DNA of 64,000 nucleotides from the human T2T-CHM13v2.0 reference genome, Homo sapiens. Below the pieces are notes generated by a model that searched no databases, had not been told where the DNA came from, and saw nothing but the letters and a program-made list of their open reading frames with translations. Positions 25,261 to 39,715 of the stretch are shown here, in pieces; within the stretch, counting starts at the first letter, position 1; every line of letters begins with the position of its first letter. A program made the translations under genes and the position numbers. The stretch lies in assembly GCF_009914755.1 (NCBI RefSeq), contig NC_060935.1; one strand, written 5' to 3'.

Positions 25261-26879
25261 GCAATCGGCTTCCTGCCAGTGCTTAGAACAGGCTGCTCCC
25301 TAAATGCCACTGTACAACTGTTTGTCCAATGAACTCCTCCTTCGTTATGTACCCAATCACCAACCTTGAGGGTCAGACCTCAGAACCTGCTGCAATGCCC
25401 CTATTTTCCTGGGTAGAGGAAAGGAAGAGGATCCCCTCTCAGCTGTGAAAGCTCCAGGGGAATCCAGCATTTCTATCTGCTATTTTGCCCCAAGGGTCAT
25501 GGATCCCTCTAGGATGTTCCCTGATGCTTGGGTCCCTTCTTCAGTCTTGTGGTCTGTCCACACCTGGTCCCTGCAAGTGCTTCTGACACCCTTAATGCAG
25601 ATTTCCAGGACCATCTTATTGGTGAAGGAGGAAAGCTCAGGAGGCTGGTCCAGCCTAGAAAAGGAAGGGGCAGATCTGACATCTGCTGCTGGGGCATCAT
25701 TTTTTCATTACCTTTATGCCCAGAGTAGGCATAAAGAGTCCCAGATGCAGGGGATACCTCTGTTTCTCTTCCTCTTGCACCACTAGCCCATCAGCCTCCC
25801 CATCAGGCAAATGTGAAGCTCAGAAGCCACAGAATAGGCCACACATACTCCTGGCGTTCCTCTGTAACCCCACCCTCCATCTGCTGACTCAGGGGGTCCT
25901 CAGAGGACTATGCTGGCTTCCCAGTTCTCTCTTTGGACAAATTCCCTACTCCTTTTGTAAGATTTAACCTGATTTATTTTTTCTCTTTAGAGCATTTACC
26001 TTCTCGTATATAAATATTGGGCAGTGGGATTCGAGTTTGCATTACATGCATAGAAGTAGTGACAGCCACGGCAGTAGGTTTATTTTTAAATAAAAATTGG
26101 AAAGTTACGAGGCTCCTGAGGTTTTCTGCATTTTTATTTTTCATTCAAAAGAGAAAAAAGGGAACAAAGAAAAGAAGGATAGGGGAAAATACAGCCTGTG
26201 TTTCTGCTTCCATTTTTCAGAGTTCCTTGTCTTCATCTCCCTTCCTGCTTCCCTTCTCTGGCATTTGGCATCTCTGTAAAGAAAGGAAAGGAGTGATTAC
26301 TTCTAAGAAGGGAGTGGGGGAACTGTTCAAGGCAAGCATTAGGCATGCCGCCCCTGAGCAAGTCGCATGCATGGTAAAATATTACCTTAATAACATACTC
26401 ACGGAGAGCTATGTGTAAATGGTAACAGCTGCTTTTGTGATGACCGTGTTATAAATGATTGCAGCCCTGATCATTAATAATGCATTTGAACAATAACAAC
26501 TTGATTCGAAGGAAGAACTACAGCCTTTCATTTTTTTCCTGGCTCGCAAATTCACTCTTGCTGTTGTGCGAAGTGACTGGGCCCTAAGATTGAAGGCCCA
26601 CACTGGGCCTTCAGAAATGGGGAGCATTTCAGCTCAAGCTGGTCCCCAGCCAGGCAAAACAGGGATTCTGGGGCGGGCCCACCTCAGTGCTTTTCCTACA
26701 CCCACAGCATTGACCTTTCAGTTAGCATGCCCTCTCTAAGCCTCTCCACCTCCCCTGGGACCCATAGCATCAGAAACCTGCCACTCTGCTGATCGTTGAA
26801 GGGTGGACTCCCAGGAGACATCAGGATCCTAGAAATTTCCCAGCAGTCGGTGTTGACTACTGCAAGAGCTATTTTTCTT

Positions 26880-27432
26880 TAATGTGTCTGAAATTATTGT
26901 TCTGCTTAAAACACAAAGTTCAAACTCTTCAGGGTGACATATTAGGGACCCTCACAGTCTAGCCCCAAATATTTGGCCACATCTCTTGCTGCTCCCATTC
27001 CACACTCTATTCTAATCACCCCAAACTTATTAGGGTTCCAAAAACATACCCTGCTATTTAAGACCATTGTACTTTTGGATATTCTCTTCTCTATTCTGTC
27101 TGCAGAACTCCTATTCGTCCTTCAAGATCCTGGTCAAATATGCCCCCTTTCTCCACCTCCCCAGGGCAGAGTTAATTGTTCTATCCTCTGTGATCCCACC
27201 TATACTGTAGCACTTTGCACATGCCTTGACTATAGCATTACTCATACCACACACAGTCATGCTTGATTTACATATTGATTTTCTCCATGGGCTTTGAGCT
27301 TATTAAGGGCAAGAAGTATGTGTTGCGCTTATTAAGGGCAAAAAGTTTGTGTTAGTATCCTTCATATTTCTGATCCCTAGCCCGGTGCTCAGTAGTCATT
27401 AAATATTCAATAAGTGTGGAATGAATAAATAA
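26880..27432 (+). mobile_element. L2 LINE 3' region
   Basis: AAAGTTCAAACTCTTCAG...CTCCTATTCGTCCTTCAAGA...TGAGCTTATTAAGGGCAAG...TATTCAATAAGTGTGGAATGAATAAATAAA. Confidence 0.8.
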
Positions 27433-27927
27433 ACAACCACCCAATAAACATCTTTCTATTTTCTATGTGTGATGATATTTTGGGCCCCTGGATCCTAAGC
27501 TGGCATCAGGGACTGTTCTAAAGGCTAACTCCTGCCCACTTGAAACATTGTGCTCTTGGGCTGTGTCAGCCCAAAGGTGTTCAGCATTTACTAATGTGAA
27601 GAGGAAGGTAGCCCCTTAGCCTAGCCATTTACCATGCTACTTAGATGATAGCCTGTCACTGCCTGCTCCCTGAAGTCAAGGGTTTATTCTAAAAGTGTTT
27701 TGCCCCCTGTATCTCCATCTCTTCTATAGTACTTGAATTTCCCATAATGTATTACTACACTGGGAAAGGTCTTGATGTACCAAAGACATGCACTTTAGGT
27801 AAGTTACCAATATGAGGACACATATTATTTGATTCATTTTAGCATGACATCCTATATAGGGCAAACTTCTGTTGTTTCTAGTTTCTACTCCTCTCTTCAT
27901 CTACTATTTTTTATATTTGTTTGTTTT

Positions 27928-28836
27928 TGTTTAAATTTTTTATTTCAATGGCTTTAGGGGTACAAGTTGTTTTTGGTTACAGGATGAATTGTGTACTGGT
28001 GAGGTCTAGAATTTTAGTGCACCTGTCACCTGAGTAGTATACATTTACCCAATAGGTAGTTTTTCCTCCCTCACTCTCTTACCATCCTCCCCGTTCTGAG
28101 TCTCTAATGTCCATTATGTCACTCTTTATGCCTTTGCATACCCATAGCTTAGCTCTCAGTTATAAATGAGAACATGTGGCCTTTGGTTTTTGATTCCTAA
28201 GTTACTTCATTTAGAATAATGGCCTCCAGTTCTACAAAAGTTGCTACAAAAGACATTATTTATTCATTTTTATGGCTGAGTAGTATTCCATGGTATATTA
28301 TATACCACCTTTCTTTATCCACTCATCAGTTGATAGACACTTAGGTTGAATCTTTGCACTGATCAATTGTGCTGTCGTAAATGTGTGTGAAGGTATATCT
28401 CTTTGATATAGTGACTTCTTTTCCTCTGCGTAGATACCCAGGAGTGGAATTGCTGGATCAAATGGTAGATCTACCTTTAGTTCTTTAAGAAATCTCCATA
28501 CTGTTTTCCATAAAGGTTGTACTAACTTACATTCCCACTAGCAGTGTATAAATGATCCATTTTCACAGCATCCATGCCAACATCTGTAGTTTTTGATTTT
28601 TTAATAATGGGTTAAGGTGGTATCTCATTGTGGTTTTAATTTGCATTTCTCTGATGATAGTGATGTTGAGCATTTTTTCATATGTTTGTTGGCCATTTGT
28701 ATATCTTCTTTTGAGAAATGTCTATTCATGTCCTTTTTTCACTTTATTTATTTTTTTTTTACTGAGATTATTTGCTTTTTCTTCCTGATTTGTTTGAGTT
28801 TCTTGTAGATTCTAGATATTAGTCCTTTGTCAGATG
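27928..28836 (-). mobile_element. L1PB3/4-like LINE-1 3' ~0.9 kb
   Basis: TATTTCAATGGCTTTAGGGGTACAAG...GGCTGAGTAGTATTCCATGG...GAATTGCTGGATCAAATGGTAG...GAGAAATGTCTATTCATGTCC...CCTTTGTCAGATG. Confidence 0.92.
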
Positions 28837-30004
28837 TGTCTCTTCTCATTGACTCTTGCTTTCAACTTCCAATTCTGGACCAGAGTTTTTTCTTGAGGTT
28901 CCTTGACCATTGGGAAGGTAAGATTCTTCCTCCCTAGGCCCTAAATTCATTCCCCCACACAGCCATCTAAACCCAAGTGGGATCCCTCTGCACCGAGGCC
29001 TTGGAACTGCAGTTAGACCCTACCTTGTCTGGGCATAAAAACTCCAAGGTTAGTTCCCTGAAACCAGCCCTGTTTTAACTACTTCTTCCTGCTCTAAAAG
29101 CTTTTTCTTGCTTTCTGCCTCTTATGATCACACTCTAAAACCACTCTCGTCTCTTCCTGTTCTAAAACTCCATCATCCTTTCCGAATACATGTTTTCTCT
29201 ACAAGTCCTAATTTTTTTACAACTCTGACCTCGGAGCACCACTTACTCCATCTGTTCTTTCTGGCCCAGGTTTCCCTCAGAATTGCTGATCTGAAGATTC
29301 ATTTTCCACATTAATTTCTCTCTTCAGAGTAAAAAAAAAAATCAGAAAACATTTGCACACCCACAGGTTCATGAATTTATTTTATTTACTTATAAATGGC
29401 CTTCTTTCAGAAGACCTTCTGTGAAGATGCAAACAATATGGCAAGAGAAAATAAACTAAAAATAAGTTTAAAAACAAAAAACAGGCAAATGGAAAGCAAG
29501 GCTAGGAGGAGGCAGTGGAGTCACGGGTGAGGTTAGAATGCTCTGTGGACGTCATGGAGTCCTAGTTACCTGCTGGTGGTGGCCATGGAGTTTATTATAG
29601 GCAGTCCCGTGGTCAACACAAGAGAGAAATGAGATCATTTACAAAATTCAGTATCCAGGAGACAAAAATGAATCTAAATTGCTTATAAAAACTGCAACTG
29701 TTTATGGTACCAAGACTAGAGAAAAATTTCTACTCTGAGTCTTGGGCTAGGTTCTCATGTTATAATAAGTTCTTACAGCATTCTCAGTCCAAACCTCATG
29801 AATGTTTTCTGTACACACATCCTTCTAATCTGTAAAGTTTAGCAAGTTTTAACGTAGTGGTGATGTTGAAAGGATATTCAAGTTTGAACTCAGTGATCTT
29901 GGGACTTCCTTTCAACCTGAGTGTCTAAGTGTATTGATGTTTATGAAGCCATGTAAGATGTGGTTCCTGCCCTCAGGGAATTTACACTCTCATAAGATAG
30001 CTAG

Positions 30005-30135
30005 CTGCTCTCAGGTCTGAGTACACAAGAGAATCACCGAGGTTACAGGCTGGAAGTGTAGATTCCTTGTGCAGAGCCTGATAACCTGCATTTTAAACAA
30101 ACACTTTCATGATTCTGATGCAGATGTTTCAGGTA
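30005..30135. mobile_element. MER5B-like MITE fragment
   Basis: GAATCACC...CCTGCATTTTAAACAAACAC...TGATTCTGATGCAG. Confidence 0.55.
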
Positions 30136-30199
30136 AGAAATCTCATGATGGGAATCCTGGCATGGGTCATCGATCCACAGTGCAAGGTATCACATGCTA

Positions 30200-31370
30200 G
30201 ATATCGCACAAATGTTAAAAGCAAAGGATGGCAGGAGTCTAAAGTGATAGGAATCACTTCTAGCTGGCATGCTAAGAGAAGAAGATGGTGGTCATGTTTG
30301 AGCTGAGCTCTGAGACATGAGTAAGAGCAGACACAGAATAAGCTGGGAACACTTTCATGCAGAGGAAACAGACTAGGCAAAAAGGTGTAAAAGTGCAGTG
30401 CTTGTTCAAGGGAAAGCAAATAGATCAGGTTGTCTGGAGTAAAAAGTCTGTATAGAGGCAATAGTAGGAGATCAGGCCAGACAGGTAGGTTGGGGACAAA
30501 TTATGGAGGGCTTTGAATACTAGACTGATGAGTGTGAGCTTTACCCAGTAGGCAGTGAGGAATCATTGAAGACTTTAGAGACCCAGAATGATGTGATCAA
30601 GGTAGCACTTGAGAAAGATTACCTTGGTGTTGTGTACAGAATGGATTCGAGAGTAGGAAGACTGTATAGGGATTGATACCTAAAAGCCACCTTATACATG
30701 TTTGTTGAATAAAATGTTTGAAAAGAGCAAAGAAGAGGCTGTTGCTGAAATCTAGGTACAAGGTGATAAAGGCCTTAAGGAAATAAGAATTAAAAATAAA
30801 GAACAAGGGAAGAATCCTAGTGACACCAATAAAGAAGAAATTACAGACCACGATAACCTGCTGTGCAGGATGAAGGAAAGAAAAGAGTCATTGTTTGCTC
30901 TGAAATTTGGAGCCTGAGCTAGCAGGGGAGTTGTGGGTCCACGCCTGTACCAAGAAGATCAGAGGAGGCCCTGGATGTGGTGAAAGCTGATGAGTCTTTA
31001 AATTAGGAATGTGCATTGGAGCTCACAAGAGGCACTTGGGCTCACAATTCTAGTCTGGGAAGAGGGGGCTTCTGTAAAACTTCAGGCTAGAAGGTGTTGT
31101 GGCATACCTGGCACATGGCCTCAAGCAGTGCCCACACTTCCGTGTTGGGAGAATAAACAGGAGCCATCTGAGGAGACACAAGAATGGTCACAGCAGTATG
31201 GGGACTCATTTAGGATAGTGTCTGCCATTCAAAGAAGTGGAGCTTTGAACGAAGGAAGGCTGTGGGATAAGGGCTGTGGGCTGCAGACAGGTGGGAGCTG
31301 AGAGAGCACTGTGGGATTCAGTGCTTACGTCCTCACTGCTGACCTTGGTGACAGTAGGTAAAATGAGCAA
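30200..31370 (-). mobile_element. L2 LINE fragments
   Basis: GGAGGGCTTTGAATAC...GTAGGCAGTGAGGAATCATTGAAG...GAAAGATTACCTTGG...CTGCTGACCTTGGTGAC. Confidence 0.7.
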
Positions 31371-31572
31371 TAGGGATGTTGTTTCATTTCCATTTATCGG
31401 GTCCCCAATTAGACCTGGAGCCCTCAATCCATAGGCATATTTTTGGAATTTTTTTTTGGCCCCAACTCCACTGGTTCCTTCTATTGCTGGCTCCTAGCTA
31501 GACCTACCTGCTCCCTTGTCTTGTTCCATTTGTCAAGAAAAGACCTTTAATGCCCATTTAAAAAGCTTGTTA

Positions 31573-32795
<1,223 letters not shown>

Positions 32796-33867
32796 TCTGC
32801 TTGGCAAACAGCTTCTCTGTCACCCTATGACTGTAGCGTAGCTAGAGGGTGACATAGCTCTCACTTGTATTCCCTTCACTGCCCCAAATTAGTGGGCTGA
32901 GAGCTGAAGTGGAAGCTGAATGCCAAGGCTTCCCCCTCCTTCTCTCTGAGTTCACTTTGTGACAGCCATCATCTACCCATGCAGGTGTCTCCTGATTTCC
33001 AGAGGCCTCAGGCTGGGGTGGCAGGGGAGGCTTAGATCAGGGCAGTGATGAGTTGGCTGAGGTGTGTGGGAGTCGAGGAAGAGCCAGCCCAGGCTGCTGA
33101 GCCAGGCAAGATGAAGGTGCACTGAGGCAGGAGCCTGAGGGCAGATTGCCCACTTGCTGCCTGAATCTGGCAGGAGGACCTGGTGCTTTCGGAGGGCCTG
33201 CGTTGACTTGCTCTGTGACCTTAGGCTAGACATTTAATTGCTCAGGGCTGCTTCCCCTCACTCTCCTATCTGGCAAACAGAAATAATGACATGACTGAAC
33301 TGGCAGAAACTGTACCTTTCGAGGCGGGGTGTTGATTTGAAACTTGGTGCGGGGGAAAATGGCTCTCGGTCCACGCTGTACTCCTTGAAGCTCCTGGGCC
33401 TGGGCCCCAACCCTCTTGGCAGAAAGCAGGTCTCTGAAGATCTTGGACTTAAGATTTTCTGATTTCAGCTTCCTGAACCATATTGCTCTTGCCACTGAGC
33501 CAGGAAATGAATGACCCCTTTCACACTAATTGTTGAGAGTGGGTATGTAGTTTCCAAGGTGCTCACAAACATTTGCTTTCAGAACTGGGGTTTCTAGTGC
33601 CACAGAGGCCCTACATGAGGTACAGGAGTTTTGGGGTTGGTGAGTTTTTAATAACCCCTGTTCCTCCAAGCCCCCTCCTCTCCAGCTTCAGTACTAGGAA
33701 CAATCATATGATGCTTTGGGAGAGTATTTATATGACACAGAACAATCAGATTACACATCAGAGAGATAGGTAAAATAGGTGGGAATACAGTCAAGCCAGG
33801 TGGAAGATTTACTTGCAAATTAAGACATGCTGTCAGTCTTTACACTATGCCCTATCAAGCCCTACAG

Positions 33868-34030
33868 CCATGGTTCTCAAACTTCATTGTGTTTACCAAT
33901 CACCAAGAACGGTAGAAACAAATGCGTATTCCAGGACACCACCTCTAGAGAATAGACATCCGTAGGTCTGGTGAGGGATTCCATGAGCCTGCATTTTCAA
34001 CCAGCACCTCACGTGACTCTGTGTGAGGTA
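33868..34030. mobile_element. MER5-family MITE
   Basis: CATGGTTCTCAAACTT...ATCACC...GTAGGTCTGG...CTGCATTTTCAACCAGCACCTCACGTGACTCTG. Confidence 0.75.
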
Positions 34031-34628
34031 AGGGGTAAGACTCAGGGCCCTTCACCTATGTTTAATCAGAACAGCTTAACCTTTATCTGCTTTGTACACT
34101 GAGGTTCTAGGCAAGAGGACATTAGAATAGGCTCATGGTCTAAAAGTAACTCGAAAGTGCTGAACGAAAGCAATGAAGTCACCTTGGTAAATTTAGAGTC
34201 TGGGCTTCTTAGCTTTGCATTCAAGGCTTTCCATGATCCGATTCCTTTCAATGTCATTTTAACCACAGGCAACTCAGTATCTCTGGAACATACTTTCTGC
34301 ATCCTCATCTCTGTTCATGCAGTTACTCCCGTGGGGAATACAATTCTTCTCTCTTTCTGCCCTTCCAAACTTCCCTATCCTTCAACACCCTGATGGGGTC
34401 TTCCTTTTGCATGAAGCCTTCCAGGACTATACCAGAAATTGAGGGCCCCTGAGCACCCTGGAAGGAGGGCTGAGGAGGAAGCACAGAGCCAGGGGAGGTG
34501 GCGAGGGTGCACTCCCTGAGCACATTCCTCCATGTTACCTTTTCATGAAATGGGAAAATGAATCATCTTGACAGGATAGAGGTTCTGAATATGATCAAAC
34601 ACATCAGAGGCAATAGGGAAAGCAAGGA

Positions 34629-34932
34629 GGCCGGGCATGGTGGCTCACGCCTGTAATCCCAGTGCTTTAGGAGGCCAAGGTGGGTGAATTGCTTTGAGCT
34701 CAAGAGTTCAAGACCAGCCTGGGCACCATGGTGAAACCCTCTCTCTACAAAAAATACAAAAATTAGCCAGGCATTGGTGGCTCACGCCTATAGTTCCAGC
34801 TCCTTGGGAGGCTGAGGCTGGAGAATCACTTGAGCCCAGAAAGCAGAGGTTGCAGTGAGCCAAGATCGAAGGTTGCAGTCAAGCCGAGATCACACCACTG
34901 CACTCCAGCCTGGGCAACAGAGTGAGACCCTG

Positions 34933-34964
<32 letters not shown>
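34629..34964 (+). mobile_element. AluJb-like with pure A29 tail
   Basis: GAGTGAGACCCTGTCT end. TSD AATAGGGAAAGCAAGG (34612-34627) / AATAGTGAAAGCAAGG (34966-34981). Confidence 0.92.
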
Positions 34965-34966
<2 letters not shown>

Positions 34967-37900
34967 ATAGTGAAAGCAAGGTACAGGAAGTTGAGAAATC
35001 AAATGGAGGTAGGAAACCTTCTTCCTACCCCACAACCTGCCCCAGGGCTCCATCTCTGTGTCTTAGGTCCTCATGATGACTCTGGGCTGTGAGAGCCAAA
35101 TGCTGGCCCAGCTGCAGCATACGAGAGGGCGGAGCAGATGGAGCCCCACTGTGCTTTCACCCCACCCCACTCCTCCCTGCCGCAGGCCTCACACTCTGGC
35201 TTGGTCAGCAGGATGAACATATGCTGCACTGGGCACTGGGGAGTGTGGATGGAGGTGCCCTTCCAGCCCAATGCCTGGGAAAATTCCACACACTTTCTGC
35301 TTCGTTGGGGGAGGAGAAGAGCAAGGAGCACAGAGCTGTCATCCCTAGAGCTGTCAGCTCACCAGAATGGGCATTCATTTTCAGAATAAATAATCAACTC
35401 AAAAAATGTACCAAATTCGTTTTCAAATTGGCTTGTCAGACACACATTTGCCCAGGACAAGTCGGTTGAATAAAATGTATCTTGGGGAGCAAGGTGAGCC
35501 GGCCTGCTCATTCCCTTAGGGGCATCTTGTAAATAAGGGCCATTCTTGAGGCCGGAAGCAGAGAATTCCCCAGCACAGATTGAATTCTGGCTTTGTCTTA
35601 ATGAACGTCAATATTTATTACCAAAGGCGTTGTGCTTCTCGGAGTGATAGAGCATTTCACCATTTCAGCTCTCGCCTGTTGCCTTCCCAGGTACCAAATG
35701 CTATGTAATTGCTGCTCATAAAGGCAGCAGACAATATTGCCAAGGAAACTCACTCCCGGCTGTAAGTCTTCATAATCAGAACCAGCAGAGCTTTGCTTTC
35801 AGTTTGGACAGAGGGCCCCAGAGGCAGGGCCCACCCAGACCTTCTGGTTCTCCTGCATTGGTGGGAGACTCCCAGATACCCTCTGTCCAGGCAGGGGCTC
35901 TTTCTGGGATCAGGGATAGGGTATCAGCCAGCAAGGATTGGGAAGGCTGAGAAGTGACAGAAGTCACAGCCCCAACCCAACCCAGGACTGAGAGAGAGCC
36001 AGTCACTGATCACTCATCATACATTTAGAAGGGGCCTCTTGAGGTTGTCCCATCCAGCCCTCTCACTGCAAATGAGGAAGACAAGGCTCAGAGAAGGAGG
36101 GTTTTGTCAAAGTCATGCAGCTCCCAAGCCAGTGGCCTTCGCGTCTGGCCGTGCTGTCTTCTAGGGACTGAACAGTGAGCTCAGAAGGAGTCCCAGTGAG
36201 CTGGCTGCTGGCCGCAAGAGTCAGCGGCTCCAGGTTGGAGATTTTCCTTGACTTCTGGTGGGTCTGGAGCCCTGCTGCCAACAGGCCTGGCTTCCTGGGG
36301 CCTTGTCCAGATAGGTTGCTTTTTCCTGCTGATGTAAGCCTACTGCCTGCCCTGGGCTTTCCTGGCGAAATCTCTGGAAACCAACTCTGAACTCTGCCCC
36401 CAGCCAAAACATTCATAGGAGCAGCAATCCCAGCTGGAGAATTTATACAAGAAAACAGAGATTAGCTCCAGCTTTTCCTTGGGATGAGTAATCCATTTGT
36501 TTCTAGGAGGACTTTAGCTCTGGGGTACAACTGTCTAGGAGGGGCTTTGGTAGGGTAAAGGAAAGCCTGAAATGCCTGAACACAGGTCGGCAGGCTGGGA
36601 CCAAGTTCGGCTTCTGGTTCTACTTCCTTTTCTCCTGCCAACTTGCTAAGGACAGAGATGGCCCCGGTGCAGAGACACAAAATGGGTTTTAGAGAGTGAT
36701 GTCATGTGGTTCTCAGACACCAGAACGCTCTGCAGAAACTGCCTTGCTGTTGTTATGGGAGTTCTGTTGGAGAGAATTATAACTTTTGACAATGGACATC
36801 TCATCTTGCGCAGATGCGTCCTTTATAGAATCTGACAGCAAGATTACAGCGGCATCACAGTGTAATGGGGAGAGGAGTCAATAATTCTGGGGTTATTGAT
36901 TGTAACCAGACCCATTCTTCTTTTTTAATTTATATTTTATCCGCTGTTTTAGACCTATTTTTTTTAAACCCATCCTGACAAAAGCACCTGCTGGATCAAA
37001 TGCGGTTGATTACATTTTTTAAAATGAGAGGAGTAATTTGCTGTCCTTAGGAGAGTCTGGGACAAGGAAGTATGTGGCTGGTGGTGGTGGTGGGGGGGGG
37101 AATGTATGCAGAGAGCAGAACAGGGGGAGAGAGGTAGACAGGAGGGAGGAGGAAGGCATGACTCAAGGGAGGACATGAAGCAAAGCCGGGGGAGCTGGTG
37201 AGGACCCCTCCACACAGCCTAACCCTGATTTAAGCCCCACTCTCCCTAGGGCCAAAGTCTGATGAAGACTTCTTCAGAGAGTCAGATTTCCCATTGCTTT
37301 GTAGCCCCACTGGGTATCGGTACATCCCTGAGGACATATTCTTATCCTTCAGATCCCACTTCTTCCAGGAGATATTTCCTGATAAGGCAAGTGGAGATTC
37401 CGGCTGGGTTATGACGGGTGGAATGTGCACACGTACATACATATATATAGACTCAAATGTGTGCCCACATGGTATATCTTCATTACAGAATGTTTATACT
37501 TAGGACACAGCAGGTAACTTGATGTGTTATTAATTGTGGGATTAGATTCCATGGGATGAGCTAGTAACTTGTAAGCTCTTTAAAAAATTGATCATGTTTT
37601 GATGCCCCCAATATCCCCTTTATCTTTAATTCGCTGTGTAGTGTGGCATCATGAAAACAGTGGGCATTTGCTCAATAACTCTTGGAGAGTTAAATGATTA
37701 TCTGAGCATATCTCTCCTTATGGAGAAGTGACCAGAGATGTCTCTAGTCATCAAAACAGGTGCACTGTAAGGATCTGATTCAATGACTACACTTCTATTC
37801 ATTTCTATTCCAGTCGATGAGAACCCCTGGACTCTGTTTTAGATCACAGAATGCCCAAGTTCAGAGGAAACAAAGATTGCCTAGCCCAAACCTTTCATTT

Positions 37901-38907
37901 TCCAGAAGAGGAAACTGAGTCCCAGCAAGATCAAAAATGACTTGTGAAGGTCAACAATTGGTTTGGGTTAAAACTAGGAGCACTTCAGTGCTCTTTCCCC
38001 ATGCAAAATATTTTCCTTCCTCTTGCTTCATTTTCTCCCATGGACAACAGCAGGACCTAATCACCTATGTCTCCCATAGATACTATCAGCCCTCTCCTAA
38101 CACTTGCCAAGCTGAATTACAGAAAGTTCTTCCTCTTTGCTCCTATTTAATTCTAGCTGGATCTGAAAGCTGCAGGGGCTTGAAGAAAGCACAAGAGACA
38201 GAAATGGAGCTAGAATTAGTTTCCTTGTCACCCATTGACTCATTTTATGTAGGCCTAGACCACAATCTTCTAGGCCAGGACTGGTGCTGACATTCTGTGG
38301 GGTGAGGTTTTGAGGTCAGGTGAAAAGAGAAAGAAGGATCTTTATGTCATTGTGCTTTTCTGGCTGGGCAAAAATACTTCAAATGAATTCTGGATTGTAT
38401 TTCCACATCTAGGATGTGGGGGAGATTTGGGAATGGTTAAAAGAGAGAGAGGGGAGCTTTTTCTCATGCATAGGCTTGAGGGAACATGAGACCAAGGAGA
38501 CCCACAAAGATGACTGTGATCCACTGGCTGACCTTGACTTTGACCTCTTATATGCTTCCTTCATCTCCCCTACTGCCAGCCACTTGGGCCATCAGCCAGA
38601 AACTCACACTGTCTTCTTTATCTTCCCTGAGATGATAACATTTGCTTTGATGAAAGACACGAGCCTTTGAGTCATAAGCCTTGAATTAGAAACTAAGCTC
38701 TTGGGCTTGGTAGCTATGTGTCCTTCGGCAAGTCTCTTAATTTCTTGAAGTATCAGTTATTTTATTTGTAAAACAGATGTAATGATACTTTTACCTACCA
38801 CACCACATCCCTCTGAGGCTCACCACTGATGGTTTGAATAATAACATAACATATATCGGAATGTGCCACATTCATGAAAGAGACTTCTTTTAAAAGCAAA
38901 ATCAAAC

Positions 38908-39211
38908 TATTTTATTATTTTATTATTATTATTTTTTGAGACAGGGTCTTACTCTATCACCCAGGCTGGAGTGCAGTGGTACAATCGTGGCTCACTGCAG
39001 CCTTGAACTCCTGGGCTCAAGTGATCCTCCCATCTCTTGCCTCCTGAGTAGCTGGGACTACAGGTGCACACAGCCATGCCTGGCTAATTTTTGTAGAGAC
39101 AGGGTCTTGCTGTGTTGCCCAGGCTGGTGTCAAACTCCTGTGCTCAAATGATCCTGCCCACCTCAGCCTCCCAAAGCACTAGGATTACAGGCATGAGCCA
39201 CTGTGCCTGGC
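38908..39211 (-). mobile_element. AluJ
   Basis: GAGACAGGGTCTTACTCT...CACTGCAGCCTTGAACTCCTGGGCTCAAGTGATCC...GAGCCACTGTGCCTGGC. Confidence 0.92.
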
Positions 39212-39214
39212 AAA

Positions 39215-39218
<4 letters not shown>

Positions 39219-39258
<40 letters not shown>

Positions 39259-39297
39259 TGTGTCCAGAGATGGAGTCCCCTATGTTGCCCAGGCTGG
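39219..39297 (-). repeat. (ATT)n microsatellite tail plus ~40 nt Alu fragment
   Basis: (ATT)n at 39219-39257, followed by AGAGATGGAGTCCCCTATGTTGCCCAGGCTGG. Confidence 0.8.
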
Positions 39298-39299
39298 AA

Positions 39300-39715
39300 A
39301 ATTATTTTAGATTTACAGAAAGACTGTGAAGATAGTTCAGAGTTCTCATGTGTCTAGTGCCTATTTACTTCTATTAGTAATATCTTACATGAACATGGCA
39401 CATTTGCTACAATTAATAGGCCAATATTCAGAAATTACTATTATGGCTGTAGTTTATTTAGATTTCCTTAGTTTTTCCTAATGTACCTCTTCTATTCCAA
39501 ACCCCACCCACATTGCATGGGGAGGTGACATCCCCTGAGGCCTCTCTTGGCTGTGACTGTTTCTCACACCTTCCCTGTGTTTGATGACTTTTTCAGTTCG
39601 AGGGTTACTGGTCAGGCATCTTGTAGAATGACCCTCAAAGGTAGTATTTTTGTCTGTATTTCTCATGATTAGATGGGATTATGGGTTTTGGGAGGAAGAC
39701 TCCCTAAGTAAAATG
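39300..39715 (-). mobile_element. L1MC/MD-type LINE-1 3' UTR
   Basis: TTTAGATTTACAGAAAG...CATTTGCTACAATTAAT...GATTTCCTTAGTTTTT...CTCTTGGCTGTGACTGTTTCTCA...TACTGGTCAGGCATCTTGTAGAATG. Confidence 0.85.

Noticed and set aside
28617-28808. [17 protein letters not shown]...
   Set aside because: Antisense reading of the L1 ORF2 end.
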